A stretch of DNA of 51,907 nt. It comes from a virus. Below, one piece after another: positions 31,817-40,438 of this stretch. Location: the IMG/VR virus record IMGVR_UViG_3300045988_151376; one strand, written 5' to 3'. Within the stretch, counting starts at the first letter, position 1, and each line of letters starts with the position of its first letter. Position numbers and translations under genes: made by a program. The notes beneath the pieces were generated by a model. That model had not been told where the DNA came from, made no database searches, and was given only the letters and a program-made list of their open reading frames with translations.

Positions 31817-32248
31817 ATGGCAACTTCAAACTTCGACGTGACCTCTGCGAATGCGCAGCTCGTCTTGACGGTCGATCAGCTCTTCCCGAGCGGCATCGAG
31901 CTTCAGCACTTCAGCGCAGACGGCATCCTCTCGAGCGACGCGATCGAGATGACGGAAACCCGCCGCTCGGTGGACGGCCGCATGGTCGCGGGCGTCATCA
32001 AGAACATCTCGAGCGTCTCGATCGTGCTCGAGGCGGCTTCGCCTTCGGTCGCTAGTCTCGAGTACCTGCGCGACTGCATGGAAGCGAACAACACGCCGTA
32101 CGAATGCACGCTGACGTGCTTCATCCCGTCGCTCGGCGTCACGCGAACCTTCGTCAAGGGCGTGCTCAAGAGCGCGCCTCCGATCAGCGCCGCCCAGCGC
32201 ACCATGCAGCCCACGCAGTGGGGCTTCGACTTCGAGCGCGTGCAGTAA
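31817..32248 (+). CDS. Tail tube protein (DUF3277-like)
   Basis: 143 aa, immediately after the sheath gene. Confidence 0.75.
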   Translation: MATSNFDVTSANAQLVLTVDQLFPSGIELQHFSADGILSSDAIEMTETRRSVDGRMVAGVIKNISSVSIVLEAASPSVASLEYLRDCMEANNTPYECTLTCFIPSLGVTRTFVKGVLKSAPPISAAQRTMQPTQWGFDFERVQ

Positions 32249-32257
32249 GGAGCTGAG

Positions 32258-32668
32258 ATGGACGAGATCAAGATCCAAGACGGCGCGACCGAAAAGCGCT
32301 TCACCATCACGAAGATGAGCGCGTATCAGGCGGAGCAGTGGCTCTACCGCGCGGCTTTCGCACTTGGGCGCGGTGTGGACGACATCCAGCAGGTTTTCAG
32401 CGGCGATCCGCAGACGCTTCTGCGCTCGATCCTGAGCGTGCCCTATGAGAGTGCAAAGCCGCTCCTCGACGACCTGCTCTCCTGCTGCACCCTTGTGCAG
32501 GGCAACGCCCTTCGTCGGCTGACGTCGGCTGAGGCGTGCTCGGCGATCGAGAGCCCGCTCACGCTCACGAAACTCCGTGTTGAATCCCTGAAGGCCAACT
32601 TCGGTTTTTTCTTCGATGGAGACGCCTTGAGCTCCCTTATGCCGCAAAGTACCGAAACGCCTGCCTAA
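32258..32668 (+). CDS. Tail assembly chaperone (G-like, zero-frame product)
   Basis: Lies between the tube and tape-measure genes. Contains a slippery site near its 3' end. Confidence 0.75.
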   Translation: MDEIKIQDGATEKRFTITKMSAYQAEQWLYRAAFALGRGVDDIQQVFSGDPQTLLRSILSVPYESAKPLLDDLLSCCTLVQGNALRRLTSAEACSAIESPLTLTKLRVESLKANFGFFFDGDALSSLMPQSTETPA

Positions 32669-32862
32669 AAGTAACTGGCGTTGCGGGCTTTGCCAATGTC
32701 CCGCGGGTCTGCGGCGCGCTCATCGCCGCGGACCTCGCGAGCATGGTGGATCTTAAGGAGCGGCTGACGCTCGAGGAGGCCTATGAGCTTCTGGAGGTCT
32801 TGGAAGTCCGCAATTACCACTCGTGGCTCGCCGCCCAGAGGCTAGAGAAAGAAAATGGCTAA
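32258..32862 (+). CDS. Tail assembly chaperone, -1 frameshift product (GT-like)
   Basis: The -1 frame is open from the slippery site to the TAA at 32860..32862. It encodes ...VTGVAGFANVPRVCGALIAADLASMVDLKERLTLEEAYELLEVLEVRNYHSWLAAQRLEKENG*. Confidence 0.6.
32605..32611 (+). promoter_or_regulatory. Slippery heptamer T TTT TTC for -1 programmed frameshifting
   Basis: Zero frame GGT TTT TTC. X XXY YYZ pattern. Confidence 0.6.
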
Positions 32863-34936
32863 CGCTATCGACAAACTTGTTATCTCGCTAGGCTTTGACA
32901 GCGTCGAGCTCAACGAAGGACTGCGCAAGGCCTCCGGCGCGATCGCCGACTTCGGCAAGCGCGTGGAGCTCGACGGCCGCGCGCTGGACCGCCTCGCGGC
33001 GACGGCTTCGAAGACGGGCCTGATGATGGGCGGCGTCTCGGACGAGGTGGCTGAGCGCGTCATGTCGATCGGCACGGCCGGACAAAAGACCTCGCTTGTC
33101 ATGGGCCGGGCGATGGACGGCATCTCCGCTCGTGTCGGCAAGGTTGGGGCGCTTCTGAAGACCGCCCTGGGGCCCGTGCTCGCAGTCTTCGCGGGCGGGA
33201 AGATCTTCAGCGGCCTCTCGCAGATGGGCGAGAGCCTCGACGTGCTGAGCGAGCGCACGGGCGTCGCCGTGGACAAAATCGACGCATGGGCCAAGGCGAA
33301 CCGGGACGCAGGTGGCTCTGAGGAGGCTTTCAAGTCCGCGCTCGAGAACTGGACGGTCGAGAAGGGCCGCTCTGCAGACGACTTCTTCCGCATGGGTGAG
33401 GCCGTCAAGGGCATGAGCCAGCAGCAGGCCGCCTACTTTATGCGGGCGATGGGCCTGAGCCAAGACGCCGCGGCGGTCTTCACGAAGTTCACGGACAAGG
33501 CGTCGTCCGCCGCCAAGGCCTACGAAGGCATGGCGATGACCAGCGAGCAGGCCAAGGCCGCGCGCGAGATGAACATCCGCTGGCGCCAGTTCACCGATCA
33601 GGCGCAGGCCCTCGGGAATGTGCTTGGGGTGACGGTACTCCCGGTCGTGAACCGCGTTCTCAAGGTGCTCGGCGACGGCGTGGCCTTCCTGAGGGAGCAC
33701 AGCAAGGGCGTGAAGCTGATCCTCGCCGGGCTGGGGGCGGTGCTCGCCGTCACTTACGGCCGGTCGATCATCCAGGCGATCGCGACAACCTCGACTTTCT
33801 TCAAGACGCTGAAGGCCGGTCAAGGCGTCATGGCGGCGCTCAATGCGACGATGCTCGCGAATCCCGTCGCGGCGCTCGTGGCAGGCGTCCTCGCGCTCTG
33901 CCTTGCCCTCGACGACCTGCTCGCCTTCCTTGACGGCGGGAACTCCCTTCTCGGGAAGTTCCTGAGCTTCATCGGCTTTTCTGATAAGCAGATCGACGCC
34001 TTCCGAAAGAGCCTGCTGAACTTCTTGCAAGTGCTCGGCGGCATCCCGGAGAAGATCGTCGGGGCGATCCAGTCCGCTTGGGACGGCGTCAAGGATTTCG
34101 GCAAGTGGGTCGGCGGCCTCTTTGACGGCGTCGACTTTTCGGGGGTCGGCAAGGCCCTTTCGGTGGGGATCCTGCTGCCGCTGAAGGTGATCGGGAAAGG
34201 CATCGTCGCGGTATTCGACGGCCTGGAGGTCTTCTTTACCGATCTGCCAACGAAGATAGCTAAGGGCATCCCCAAGGCGCTATCTTCGCTTTCCGGGCTT
34301 TCTGATGAAGTCGGCGCCGCCTTTATCAGGGCCTTCCACTCGGCCATCGATTGGGCGAAGAAGGCGTTTAAGGCGCTTGTTGGTTTGATCGGCAAGTGGG
34401 TCGCGAATGCACTCAATATCGGCGGCAAAGTGAAAGGGGTCGTAAGCGGAGCTGTTGATAGCGTTACGGACGGCGTGAAAAACGCCATGGGCGGTATCGC
34501 GGACATTTTAGGCTTCGACGCAAAAGGAAAGCCGAAAGAGGCATCAGCTCCGGCGCAGGACCCCAGCGGGAAGCCTGCGCCGGATGGTGGAGCCGCGGAC
34601 GGCATCAAGGACCGTGTGAAGGGCGTCTTTGGCGGCATCGCGAGCTTCTTCAGGGGTGGCGACGAAGCCAAGGCGCCCGCGGCGGATGCGTGGGACTGGG
34701 GCCGATACGCCTCTGCGCCGACTCAGGCGGCGGCGGGGGCTATCGCGGCATCGCAGGCGAAGACCTCGCAGGCTCCGGCCGTGGCGAATCAAATGGAAAT
34801 GAACGTCGTGAACAACATCCAGACGAACGGCAGTCCGGAAGACGTGGGCAAGGCCGTCGGCGGGGCGATGGACAACGCCCTTAGCCGCCGCAACAGGATG
34901 CTGGTCGCGGCGCAGTCCGGCGTGATTTCAAAGTGA
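32855..34936 (+). CDS. Tape measure protein
   Basis: 693 aa, Ala/Gly-rich with hydrophobic central segments, after the chaperone pair. Confidence 0.9.
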   Translation: MANAIDKLVISLGFDSVELNEGLRKASGAIADFGKRVELDGRALDRLAATASKTGLMMGGVSDEVAERVMSIGTAGQKTSLVMGRAMDGISARVGKVGALLKTALGPVLAVFAGGKIFSGLSQMGESLDVLSERTGVAVDKIDAWAKANRDAGGSEEAFKSALENWTVEKGRSADDFFRMGEAVKGMSQQQAAYFMRAMGLSQDAAAVFTKFTDKASSAAKAYEGMAMTSEQAKAAREMNIRWRQFTDQAQALGNVLGVTVLPVVNRVLKVLGDGVAFLREHSKGVKLILAGLGAVLAVTYGRSIIQAIATTSTFFKTLKAGQGVMAALNATMLANPVAALVAGVLALCLALDDLLAFLDGGNSLLGKFLSFIGFSDKQIDAFRKSLLNFLQVLGGIPEKIVGAIQSAWDGVKDFGKWVGGLFDGVDFSGVGKALSVGILLPLKVIGKGIVAVFDGLEVFFTDLPTKIAKGIPKALSSLSGLSDEVGAAFIRAFHSAIDWAKKAFKALVGLIGKWVANALNIGGKVKGVVSGAVDSVTDGVKNAMGGIADILGFDAKGKPKEASAPAQDPSGKPAPDGGAADGIKDRVKGVFGGIASFFRGGDEAKAPAADAWDWGRYASAPTQAAAGAIAASQAKTSQAPAVANQMEMNVVNNIQTNGSPEDVGKAVGGAMDNALSRRNRMLVAAQSGVISK

Positions 34937-34943
34937 GGTGAGG

Positions 34944-35447
34944 ATGGCTGAAGTGTGGGCTGTCATCGATGACAGCGGAAACCCATTCTGCGGATATACG
35001 GCGCTCGACGGGTTCGAGGACAACTCGGCCGCCACGGTGCCGACGGAACCGCAGGAAAACGGGGCGCTCTACGCCTACGACAAGGTGCCGAACCCTTCCG
35101 AGTGCTCGGTGAGCCTTCTCTTCTCGGGGGACTTCCTCGCGCAGCAGGAGGCCGTGACGAAGCTTGAGGCGTACCGTCTCGGCACGCAGCTCTTCCGCAT
35201 CCTAACGCCGAGCAAGGTCTACTCCCGCATGGCGCTTGTCTCCTACGGCTACTCTCGATCCGCGGTGAATGGCGCGAACGCGCTCGAAATTCACTGCGAC
35301 TTCCGCGAGATCGTGTCGGCGCAGGTTGGCGGCGCGACGGTCGTCTGGTCTCCGAAGAGCGCGAATGACGCGGGGAAGACTCAGACCGGGAAAGTGCAAG
35401 GGGAAAAAAGACAAGGCATTGTCGCCGACTTGGTGAGTCCGAAATGA
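34944..35447 (+). CDS. Tail or baseplate protein
   Basis: ATG at 34944 (RBS aggtgagg). Called by position. Confidence 0.55.
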   Translation: MAEVWAVIDDSGNPFCGYTALDGFEDNSAATVPTEPQENGALYAYDKVPNPSECSVSLLFSGDFLAQQEAVTKLEAYRLGTQLFRILTPSKVYSRMALVSYGYSRSAVNGANALEIHCDFREIVSAQVGGATVVWSPKSANDAGKTQTGKVQGEKRQGIVADLVSPK

Positions 35448-35761
35448 TTGAAATTCCTCTTCAGAAACTGCCCCATCAGGAGTTCTCGATCGTGCTCGAT
35501 GGGCAGAACTGCGTGCTCGAGCTCCGGCAGATGGGCTCCTTTCTGTACCTCACGCTGACGGCGGATGAGGTGAAGATCTGCGACTCGCACGCATGCCAGT
35601 CCGGGGAGCCGATCCCGGTGTGGAATACCCCGCTCTTCTCCGGGCGGCTCTTCTTTCAGGACGGCAACGGCAAGCTCAAGGCGCCGCAGTACGACGGACT
35701 CAGCGATCGATACACTCTCTACTACGTGACGGCAGAAGAATGGCAGGAACTTACAGCCTAA
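35444..35761 (+). CDS. Hypothetical tail protein
   Basis: Coupled ORF. Confidence 0.5.
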   Translation: MIEIPLQKLPHQEFSIVLDGQNCVLELRQMGSFLYLTLTADEVKICDSHACQSGEPIPVWNTPLFSGRLFFQDGNGKLKAPQYDGLSDRYTLYYVTAEEWQELTA

Positions 35762-36597
35762 AGGACATCAGGGTTTCGATCACGCTAGACAAGGGTGGCG
35801 CTAATAATCAATTCGTCTTTCAGGGCTTCGCGACGAACGTCAGCCTCTCGAAGACGGGCGGCGTGGACTTTGCGACGGCCCAGGTCGAGATCTATGGCCT
35901 CACGCTTCCGGTCATGGGCCAGCTCACAACGCTTGCCTTCAAGCCCCTGGATCGCCTCTGGAATGCAATCGAGATCGCGGCTGGGGAGCGGGGCAGTGAC
36001 CTCCCGGTGATCTTCCGCGGGTGCGTGACGGTGGCCTATGCGGACCTCAACGGATCGTCCCCGGTGCTCAAGATCGAGGCGCAGGTTGGCGCCTATCCGC
36101 TACTCGAGCCGGCATCTACGGTGAGCATCAAGGGCACTCAGGACGCGGCGACCTTCATCCAGTCGCAAAGCGCGCAAGCGGGCTTTGACTTTCAAAATGA
36201 CGGCGTGAAGGGGACGCTCTCGGACACGACGATCTACGGCGACCCGATCACGAAGATCAGGACGGCTACCAACGCCATCGGGGCGGATGTCATCTTTGAT
36301 GACGATAAGACGGTTCTGATCCCGAAGGACGGCGTGCGGCGCGCAGAGGGCGGCATCCCGCTCGTCTCAGCGGCGACTGGCATGATCGGGTATCCGGTCT
36401 TCACGAGCCAGGGCATCCAGTGCAAGACCTTCTTCCGGCCGGAGCTCCGCGTAGCCGCGGTCGTGAAGGTCGAGTCGATCGTCCCGCACGCGAGCGGAAC
36501 GTGGAAGATCACGCAGCTCACGCACACCTTGAGCGCGCACAACCCGGGCTCGAGCACGTGGGAAACTTCTTTTGATGGCATGTGGCAGGGGGACTGA
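35740..36597 (+). CDS. Baseplate hub-like protein
   Basis: ATG at 35740. Lies upstream of the V-like spike gene. Confidence 0.55.
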   Translation: MAGTYSLKDIRVSITLDKGGANNQFVFQGFATNVSLSKTGGVDFATAQVEIYGLTLPVMGQLTTLAFKPLDRLWNAIEIAAGERGSDLPVIFRGCVTVAYADLNGSSPVLKIEAQVGAYPLLEPASTVSIKGTQDAATFIQSQSAQAGFDFQNDGVKGTLSDTTIYGDPITKIRTATNAIGADVIFDDDKTVLIPKDGVRRAEGGIPLVSAATGMIGYPVFTSQGIQCKTFFRPELRVAAVVKVESIVPHASGTWKITQLTHTLSAHNPGSSTWETSFDGMWQGD

Positions 36598-37379
36598 TGA
36601 CAGAAAGAACTCAGCCGCAAGGCGCCTTCGTATCTGGATCTCAGCTGAACGTCCTCGACTTTTTGATTCGGTCGATCGTCAAGGGCATGATAAATACGGC
36701 GATTCCGGTGCGAGTTGACGCAATCGAAAGGCCGGGCGATGGATCGGGCGCGGGGTATCTCTCCGCGACGCCTCTCGTGAAAATGCGGAGCGCGTCGGGC
36801 GAGGCCCTGGAGCCCGTCTCCATCCCGAAGCTGAGGTGGTTCCGGCTCCAGCATGGGACGGCGGCTCTCATCTGCGACCCGAAGCCGGGCGATGTCGGAC
36901 TGGCGGTCTTCGCTCAGCAGGACGTCTCGACGCTCACGGGAGGGGCCTCGCCGCAACAGCCGGGGAGCTTCCGATGCTACGACATGAGCGATGGCTTCTA
37001 CCTCGGGGGCTTCTGGGGGCAGACGCCGACGACTTTCGTGCGCATCGAGGACTCGGGAGATATCACGATCACGGCGCCGGAGACGGTCGTCGTGAACACG
37101 AACGCGAAGACGATCAACGCGACGTCGTCCTGCGACATAAACACTCAGCAGGCGACGATCAACACTCCCCAGACACACATCACGGGGAACGTGCAGATCG
37201 ACGGGAACCTCTCCGTGAAGGGGCACATCTCCGGCTTGTCCGGGCTCTCGGTGAGCGGGGGCGGCGGCGCAAGCGTGACGGGTAGCCTCACGACGACCGG
37301 GGACGTTACGGCCGGAGGCATCAGCCTGCAAGGGCACGTGCATACCTGCCCAGACGGCGAGACGGGCACGCCTCACTAG
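36597..37379 (+). CDS. Baseplate assembly protein V / Mu gp45-like spike
   Basis: ATGA-coupled start. IPVRVDAI...PKPGDVGLAVF... and a C-terminal beta-helix-like repeat (NTNAKTINATSSCDINTQQATINTPQTHITGNVQIDGNLSV). Confidence 0.75.
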   Translation: MTERTQPQGAFVSGSQLNVLDFLIRSIVKGMINTAIPVRVDAIERPGDGSGAGYLSATPLVKMRSASGEALEPVSIPKLRWFRLQHGTAALICDPKPGDVGLAVFAQQDVSTLTGGASPQQPGSFRCYDMSDGFYLGGFWGQTPTTFVRIEDSGDITITAPETVVVNTNAKTINATSSCDINTQQATINTPQTHITGNVQIDGNLSVKGHISGLSGLSVSGGGGASVTGSLTTTGDVTAGGISLQGHVHTCPDGETGTPH

Positions 37380-37387
37380 GAGAAAGC

Positions 37388-37756
37388 ATGACGCATACGG
37401 CCTACACGGCGGAGCTATCAGACGACTGGGATCTCACGGTGGACGGCAACGGGGATCTTTCGATGATCCGGGGCGCGCAGGCGATCTGTCAGAATGTCTG
37501 CAACGAAGGACGCCTCTTCTATCATGACGCGGTCTTCCGATGGGATCAGGGTATAAAGTGGTTTGAGGACCAGATCGCCCAGCCGATTCAGGAGGCCGTC
37601 ACGACCGAGGATCTGCGCACGGCGGCGTCAAGCGTCCCGGGTGTGCTCACTGTGAACTCGGTGACGCTTAAGAAGCTGGATCCGGCGACAAGAACATTGA
37701 GCGCAGAGATCGAAATCACTACAGAAGAGGGCATGAATGGCCGAGCTGAAATTTGA
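37388..37756 (+). CDS. Baseplate wedge protein (gp25/W-like)
   Basis: 122 aa, positioned between the V-like and J-like genes. Confidence 0.7.
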   Translation: MTHTAYTAELSDDWDLTVDGNGDLSMIRGAQAICQNVCNEGRLFYHDAVFRWDQGIKWFEDQIAQPIQEAVTTEDLRTAASSVPGVLTVNSVTLKKLDPATRTLSAEIEITTEEGMNGRAEI

Positions 37757-38954
37757 TCCACGGTCCGGCGTAGTCGTGCCGACGACCCAAGAGGTCCGCG
37801 ACGATATCGCGTCTGGCCTGCAGGAGGCTTTCAAGACCAAAGACGGCGATCCCCCGCTGAACGTCGATCCGTCCTCCCCGATGGGGCAGGTCGCGGACAT
37901 CATCACGACCGAGGCGGCGGCGAAGAACTCCGAAGTGGCCTTTCTGGCGAACCAATTGAACCCGCGCACGGCAACGGGCATCTGGCTCGACGCGCTCGCG
38001 GCGCTCTACGGCCTCACGCGGCACGTCTCCGAGCCGACCGTCGTCGTCTGCACCTGCACGGGCCTCCGGGGGACGGTGATCCCATACGGGGCGATCGTGC
38101 AGGATACTCAGGGCCATCAGCTCCGGCACAGCGTTGGCGGTGGCGTGACGATCCCGGACTCCGGCTCCGTCGAGACGACCTTTTCGGCCGTCGAGCACGG
38201 AGCTATCGAGATCGGACCGGGCACGGTGACGCAGATCGTAACCGTGATAGCGGGCTGGGATAGCGTGACGAACGCCGCCGCGGGCGTCACGGGCCGCGTC
38301 GCAGAGCCGGACGGCGAGCTGCTGAATCGCATGATCGAGAGCTATGCAGTCAACGCCAACGGGACCGTAGCGAACGTCCAGGCGAACCTCTCTGAGCTCG
38401 ACGGCGTCCTCGACTGCGTGGTCCTCGAAAACTACACGAACCAGCCGCAACAGCAGTACGGCATCACCTTGACGGCGCACAGCATCGCGGTATGCATCGT
38501 GGGCGGCGACGACGAGGCCATCGCCGAGACGATCTTCCAGCGCAAGAGCGCCGGATGCGGGACGGTCGGAACGACGCAGGTGAACTACGTGGACACGGAG
38601 CACTTCAACGCCTCATACACGTACAACATCGTGAGGCCGACGGCGGTTGCTCTCAAGATCCAGGTGACTTTCTTCGCCGATAGTATGGACGCTGAGACTC
38701 AGTCGAAGGTCAAGAAAGCGCTCATCTCGGACTTCCTCGGCGAGCTCTCGAATCCGCGCGTGAAGCTGGCGACTACGGTCTACGCGAGCCGCTTCTATCG
38801 ATGCATCCAGAGCGTCACGGACAGCCCGATCAATCAAATACTCCTCGGACTCAATAACAGGGGGCTGGCGACGTCCATCGATGTGCCCGCGGACGAAAGT
38901 CCTACGCTCAGCGAGGAGACCATTTCGCTAGTCTTCGGAGGCCGACATGGCTGA
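37737..38954 (+). CDS. Baseplate J-like protein
   Basis: 405 aa in the canonical V-W-J order. Confidence 0.8.
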   Translation: MAELKFDPRSGVVVPTTQEVRDDIASGLQEAFKTKDGDPPLNVDPSSPMGQVADIITTEAAAKNSEVAFLANQLNPRTATGIWLDALAALYGLTRHVSEPTVVVCTCTGLRGTVIPYGAIVQDTQGHQLRHSVGGGVTIPDSGSVETTFSAVEHGAIEIGPGTVTQIVTVIAGWDSVTNAAAGVTGRVAEPDGELLNRMIESYAVNANGTVANVQANLSELDGVLDCVVLENYTNQPQQQYGITLTAHSIAVCIVGGDDEAIAETIFQRKSAGCGTVGTTQVNYVDTEHFNASYTYNIVRPTAVALKIQVTFFADSMDAETQSKVKKALISDFLGELSNPRVKLATTVYASRFYRCIQSVTDSPINQILLGLNNRGLATSIDVPADESPTLSEETISLVFGGRHG

Positions 38955-39579
38955 TACTCAGACTTGGCAAGACATCCTCGACGTCGATGACGTGCGCGAC
39001 GAGGCCGACTTCGCGGACATGACGACGGACGCCATTCAGTCTCAGTACGCGCACGCGAAGCGCATCCGTGGCGTCGCGGAGAAGGTTCGGCAGGAGATCG
39101 ACGCAACACAAGATATGGTGGATTTGCACGGCATGGTCGCGGACATGCAGACCGCGCAGGGCGTCTATCTTGATTGGTGGGGTCAGCGCGTCGGCGTGGC
39201 CCGGCTTCTGAAAGTCAAGGGCGAGTGGTGCCGCTTCGATGATGATTACTACCGCTTTCTGCTCCTCTATCGAGCGCGATGCAACCTCGCCAACGCAACG
39301 GTCTCGACGATGAACAACATGCTGTCGCAACTGACAGATACTCGGGTATTCGTAGTCGACTATCAGAACATGTCGATTCAAAGCATCGTCGTTATCGGCA
39401 CCATCAGCGATCTCCAAGCGCAGATCCTTCAAACCTACGGACTGCTGAACCGGCCCGCTGGCGTGCTGACGAACTTTCTTATCATTTACCCGGACGAGAA
39501 GATCTTCGGCTTCGCCGGGCAGGATCTGCAACCCTTTGACTTTGGGGTATTTAACCCCGGGCGAACGATTGAAACGTGA
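38947..39579 (+). CDS. Baseplate wedge / tail-fibre attachment protein (DUF2612-like)
   Basis: Lies after the J-like gene. YLDWWGQRVGV... motif. Confidence 0.65.
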   Translation: MADTQTWQDILDVDDVRDEADFADMTTDAIQSQYAHAKRIRGVAEKVRQEIDATQDMVDLHGMVADMQTAQGVYLDWWGQRVGVARLLKVKGEWCRFDDDYYRFLLLYRARCNLANATVSTMNNMLSQLTDTRVFVVDYQNMSIQSIVVIGTISDLQAQILQTYGLLNRPAGVLTNFLIIYPDEKIFGFAGQDLQPFDFGVFNPGRTIET

Positions 39580-39607
39580 TTCACTCAGCGCGAAGCCACG
39601 TAGCGAG

Positions 39608-39652
39608 AAAAAAGCAAACCCCGCAAGGTTCGCGGCCTTAGCGGGGTTTTTC
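39608..39652 (+). terminator. Hairpin family copy H1 (caaaccccgc-loop-gcggggttttt)
   Basis: aaaaaagcaaaccccgcaaggttcgcggccttagcggggttttt. About 44 bp nearly identical to H5 at 42889..42933. Confidence 0.65.
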
Positions 39653-39678
39653 TTGACCACCTTCTGGACAGGTGCTCA

Positions 39679-39819
39679 ATGGAACCAATTTTAGAGCTAG
39701 TGAGGGCCCCCTATATGGCTCAAGAACTACCTTTCTCGATATACGTTATCGCTTATGCGGTGGCGATCTTGGTAACCGCAAAGGCGGTTAGGGCTATCAA
39801 AGAGCTTTGGAAAAAGTAA
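39679..39819 (+). CDS. Small single-pass membrane protein (46 aa), paralogue a
   Basis: Hand translation MEPILELVRAPYMAQELPFSIYVIAYAVAILVTAKAVRAIKELWKK*. Below the ORF-track cutoff. Confidence 0.5.
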   Translation: MEPILELVRAPYMAQELPFSIYVIAYAVAILVTAKAVRAIKELWKK

Positions 39820-39853
39820 ACCCCACAGGTGTAGCGGCCTGCGGGGTTGTTTG
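39818..39853 (+). terminator. Hairpin family copy H2
   Basis: aaccccac-aggtgtagcggcct-gcggggtt followed by gtttgt. Confidence 0.55.
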
Positions 39854-39876
39854 TACCTCAACTCACCTGAGGACAT

Positions 39877-40041
39877 ATGGATATTTTACCTTCATTTGAC
39901 TTGGTGAGACTTATGACGACGCCTGATCTTCCGCTCTACGGTCAGCTTTTCGCCTATGGCATCGGGCTTGCCGGAATCGGTATCGGCCTCAAACAAATAG
40001 TCGGAGCTATCTCGCAGATTCTTGAGTGGTTTCGGAAATAG
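39877..40041 (+). CDS. Small single-pass membrane protein (54 aa), paralogue b
   Basis: Hand translation MDILPSFDLVRLMTTPDLPLYGQLFAYGIGLAGIGIGLKQIVGAISQILEWFRK*. Confidence 0.5.
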   Translation: MDILPSFDLVRLMTTPDLPLYGQLFAYGIGLAGIGIGLKQIVGAISQILEWFRK

Positions 40042-40078
40042 CAAACCCCGCAGGGAGTGACGGTCTTGCGGGGTTTTT
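40042..40078 (+). terminator. Hairpin family copy H3
   Basis: caaaccccgc-agggagtgacggtctt-gcggggttttt. The stop codon sits in the conserved AAATAGCAAA box. Confidence 0.65.
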
Positions 40079-40102
40079 CGTATCTGATGAAGAGGATCAG
40101 AC

Positions 40103-40258
40103 ATGAAGATTTTACTGGAGATCAATCGGGAGGTGCGGATGTTGCTGAGCGAAAAGAATCTGCCGGCTCATGGCAAGGCGGCCGCTTGGGTGCTTGTCGC
40201 TTTGGTCGCGGCTGTAGCCTTTGCCATTGTGTGCTTTGGAATTAGCTTGCTGAAATAG
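40103..40258 (+). CDS. Small single-pass membrane protein (51 aa), paralogue c
   Basis: Hand translation MKILLEINREVRMLLSEKNLPAHGKAAAWVLVALVAAVAFAIVCFGISLLK*. Confidence 0.5.
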   Translation: MKILLEINREVRMLLSEKNLPAHGKAAAWVLVALVAAVAFAIVCFGISLLK

Positions 40259-40294
40259 CAAACCCCGCTGACGTGCAGGCCAAGCGGGGCTTTT
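40259..40294 (+). terminator. Hairpin family copy H4
   Basis: caaaccccgc-tgacgtgcaggccaa-gcggggctttt. Confidence 0.6.
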
Positions 40295-40351
40295 ATTGAT
40301 CACCTTCACTGCGGGCGATCCATAGAAACAATTTTACTTCAGGTAATTGGC

Positions 40352-40438
40352 GTGCTGATTTTGTGCGGCATTGCCGGTTTTACGGCTTTGACTGCTGGTC
40401 TTGCCGTTCTCGTTTGGAAGAGAGTGTTCAAAGAATGA
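40352..40438 (+). CDS. Possible 28-aa TM mini-ORF coupled to the first tail-fibre gene
   Basis: GTG start; VLILCGIAGFTALTAGLAVLVWKRVFKE*. The TGA overlaps the tail-fibre ATG (ATGA). No ATG start. Confidence 0.2.
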   Translation: MLILCGIAGFTALTAGLAVLVWKRVFKE

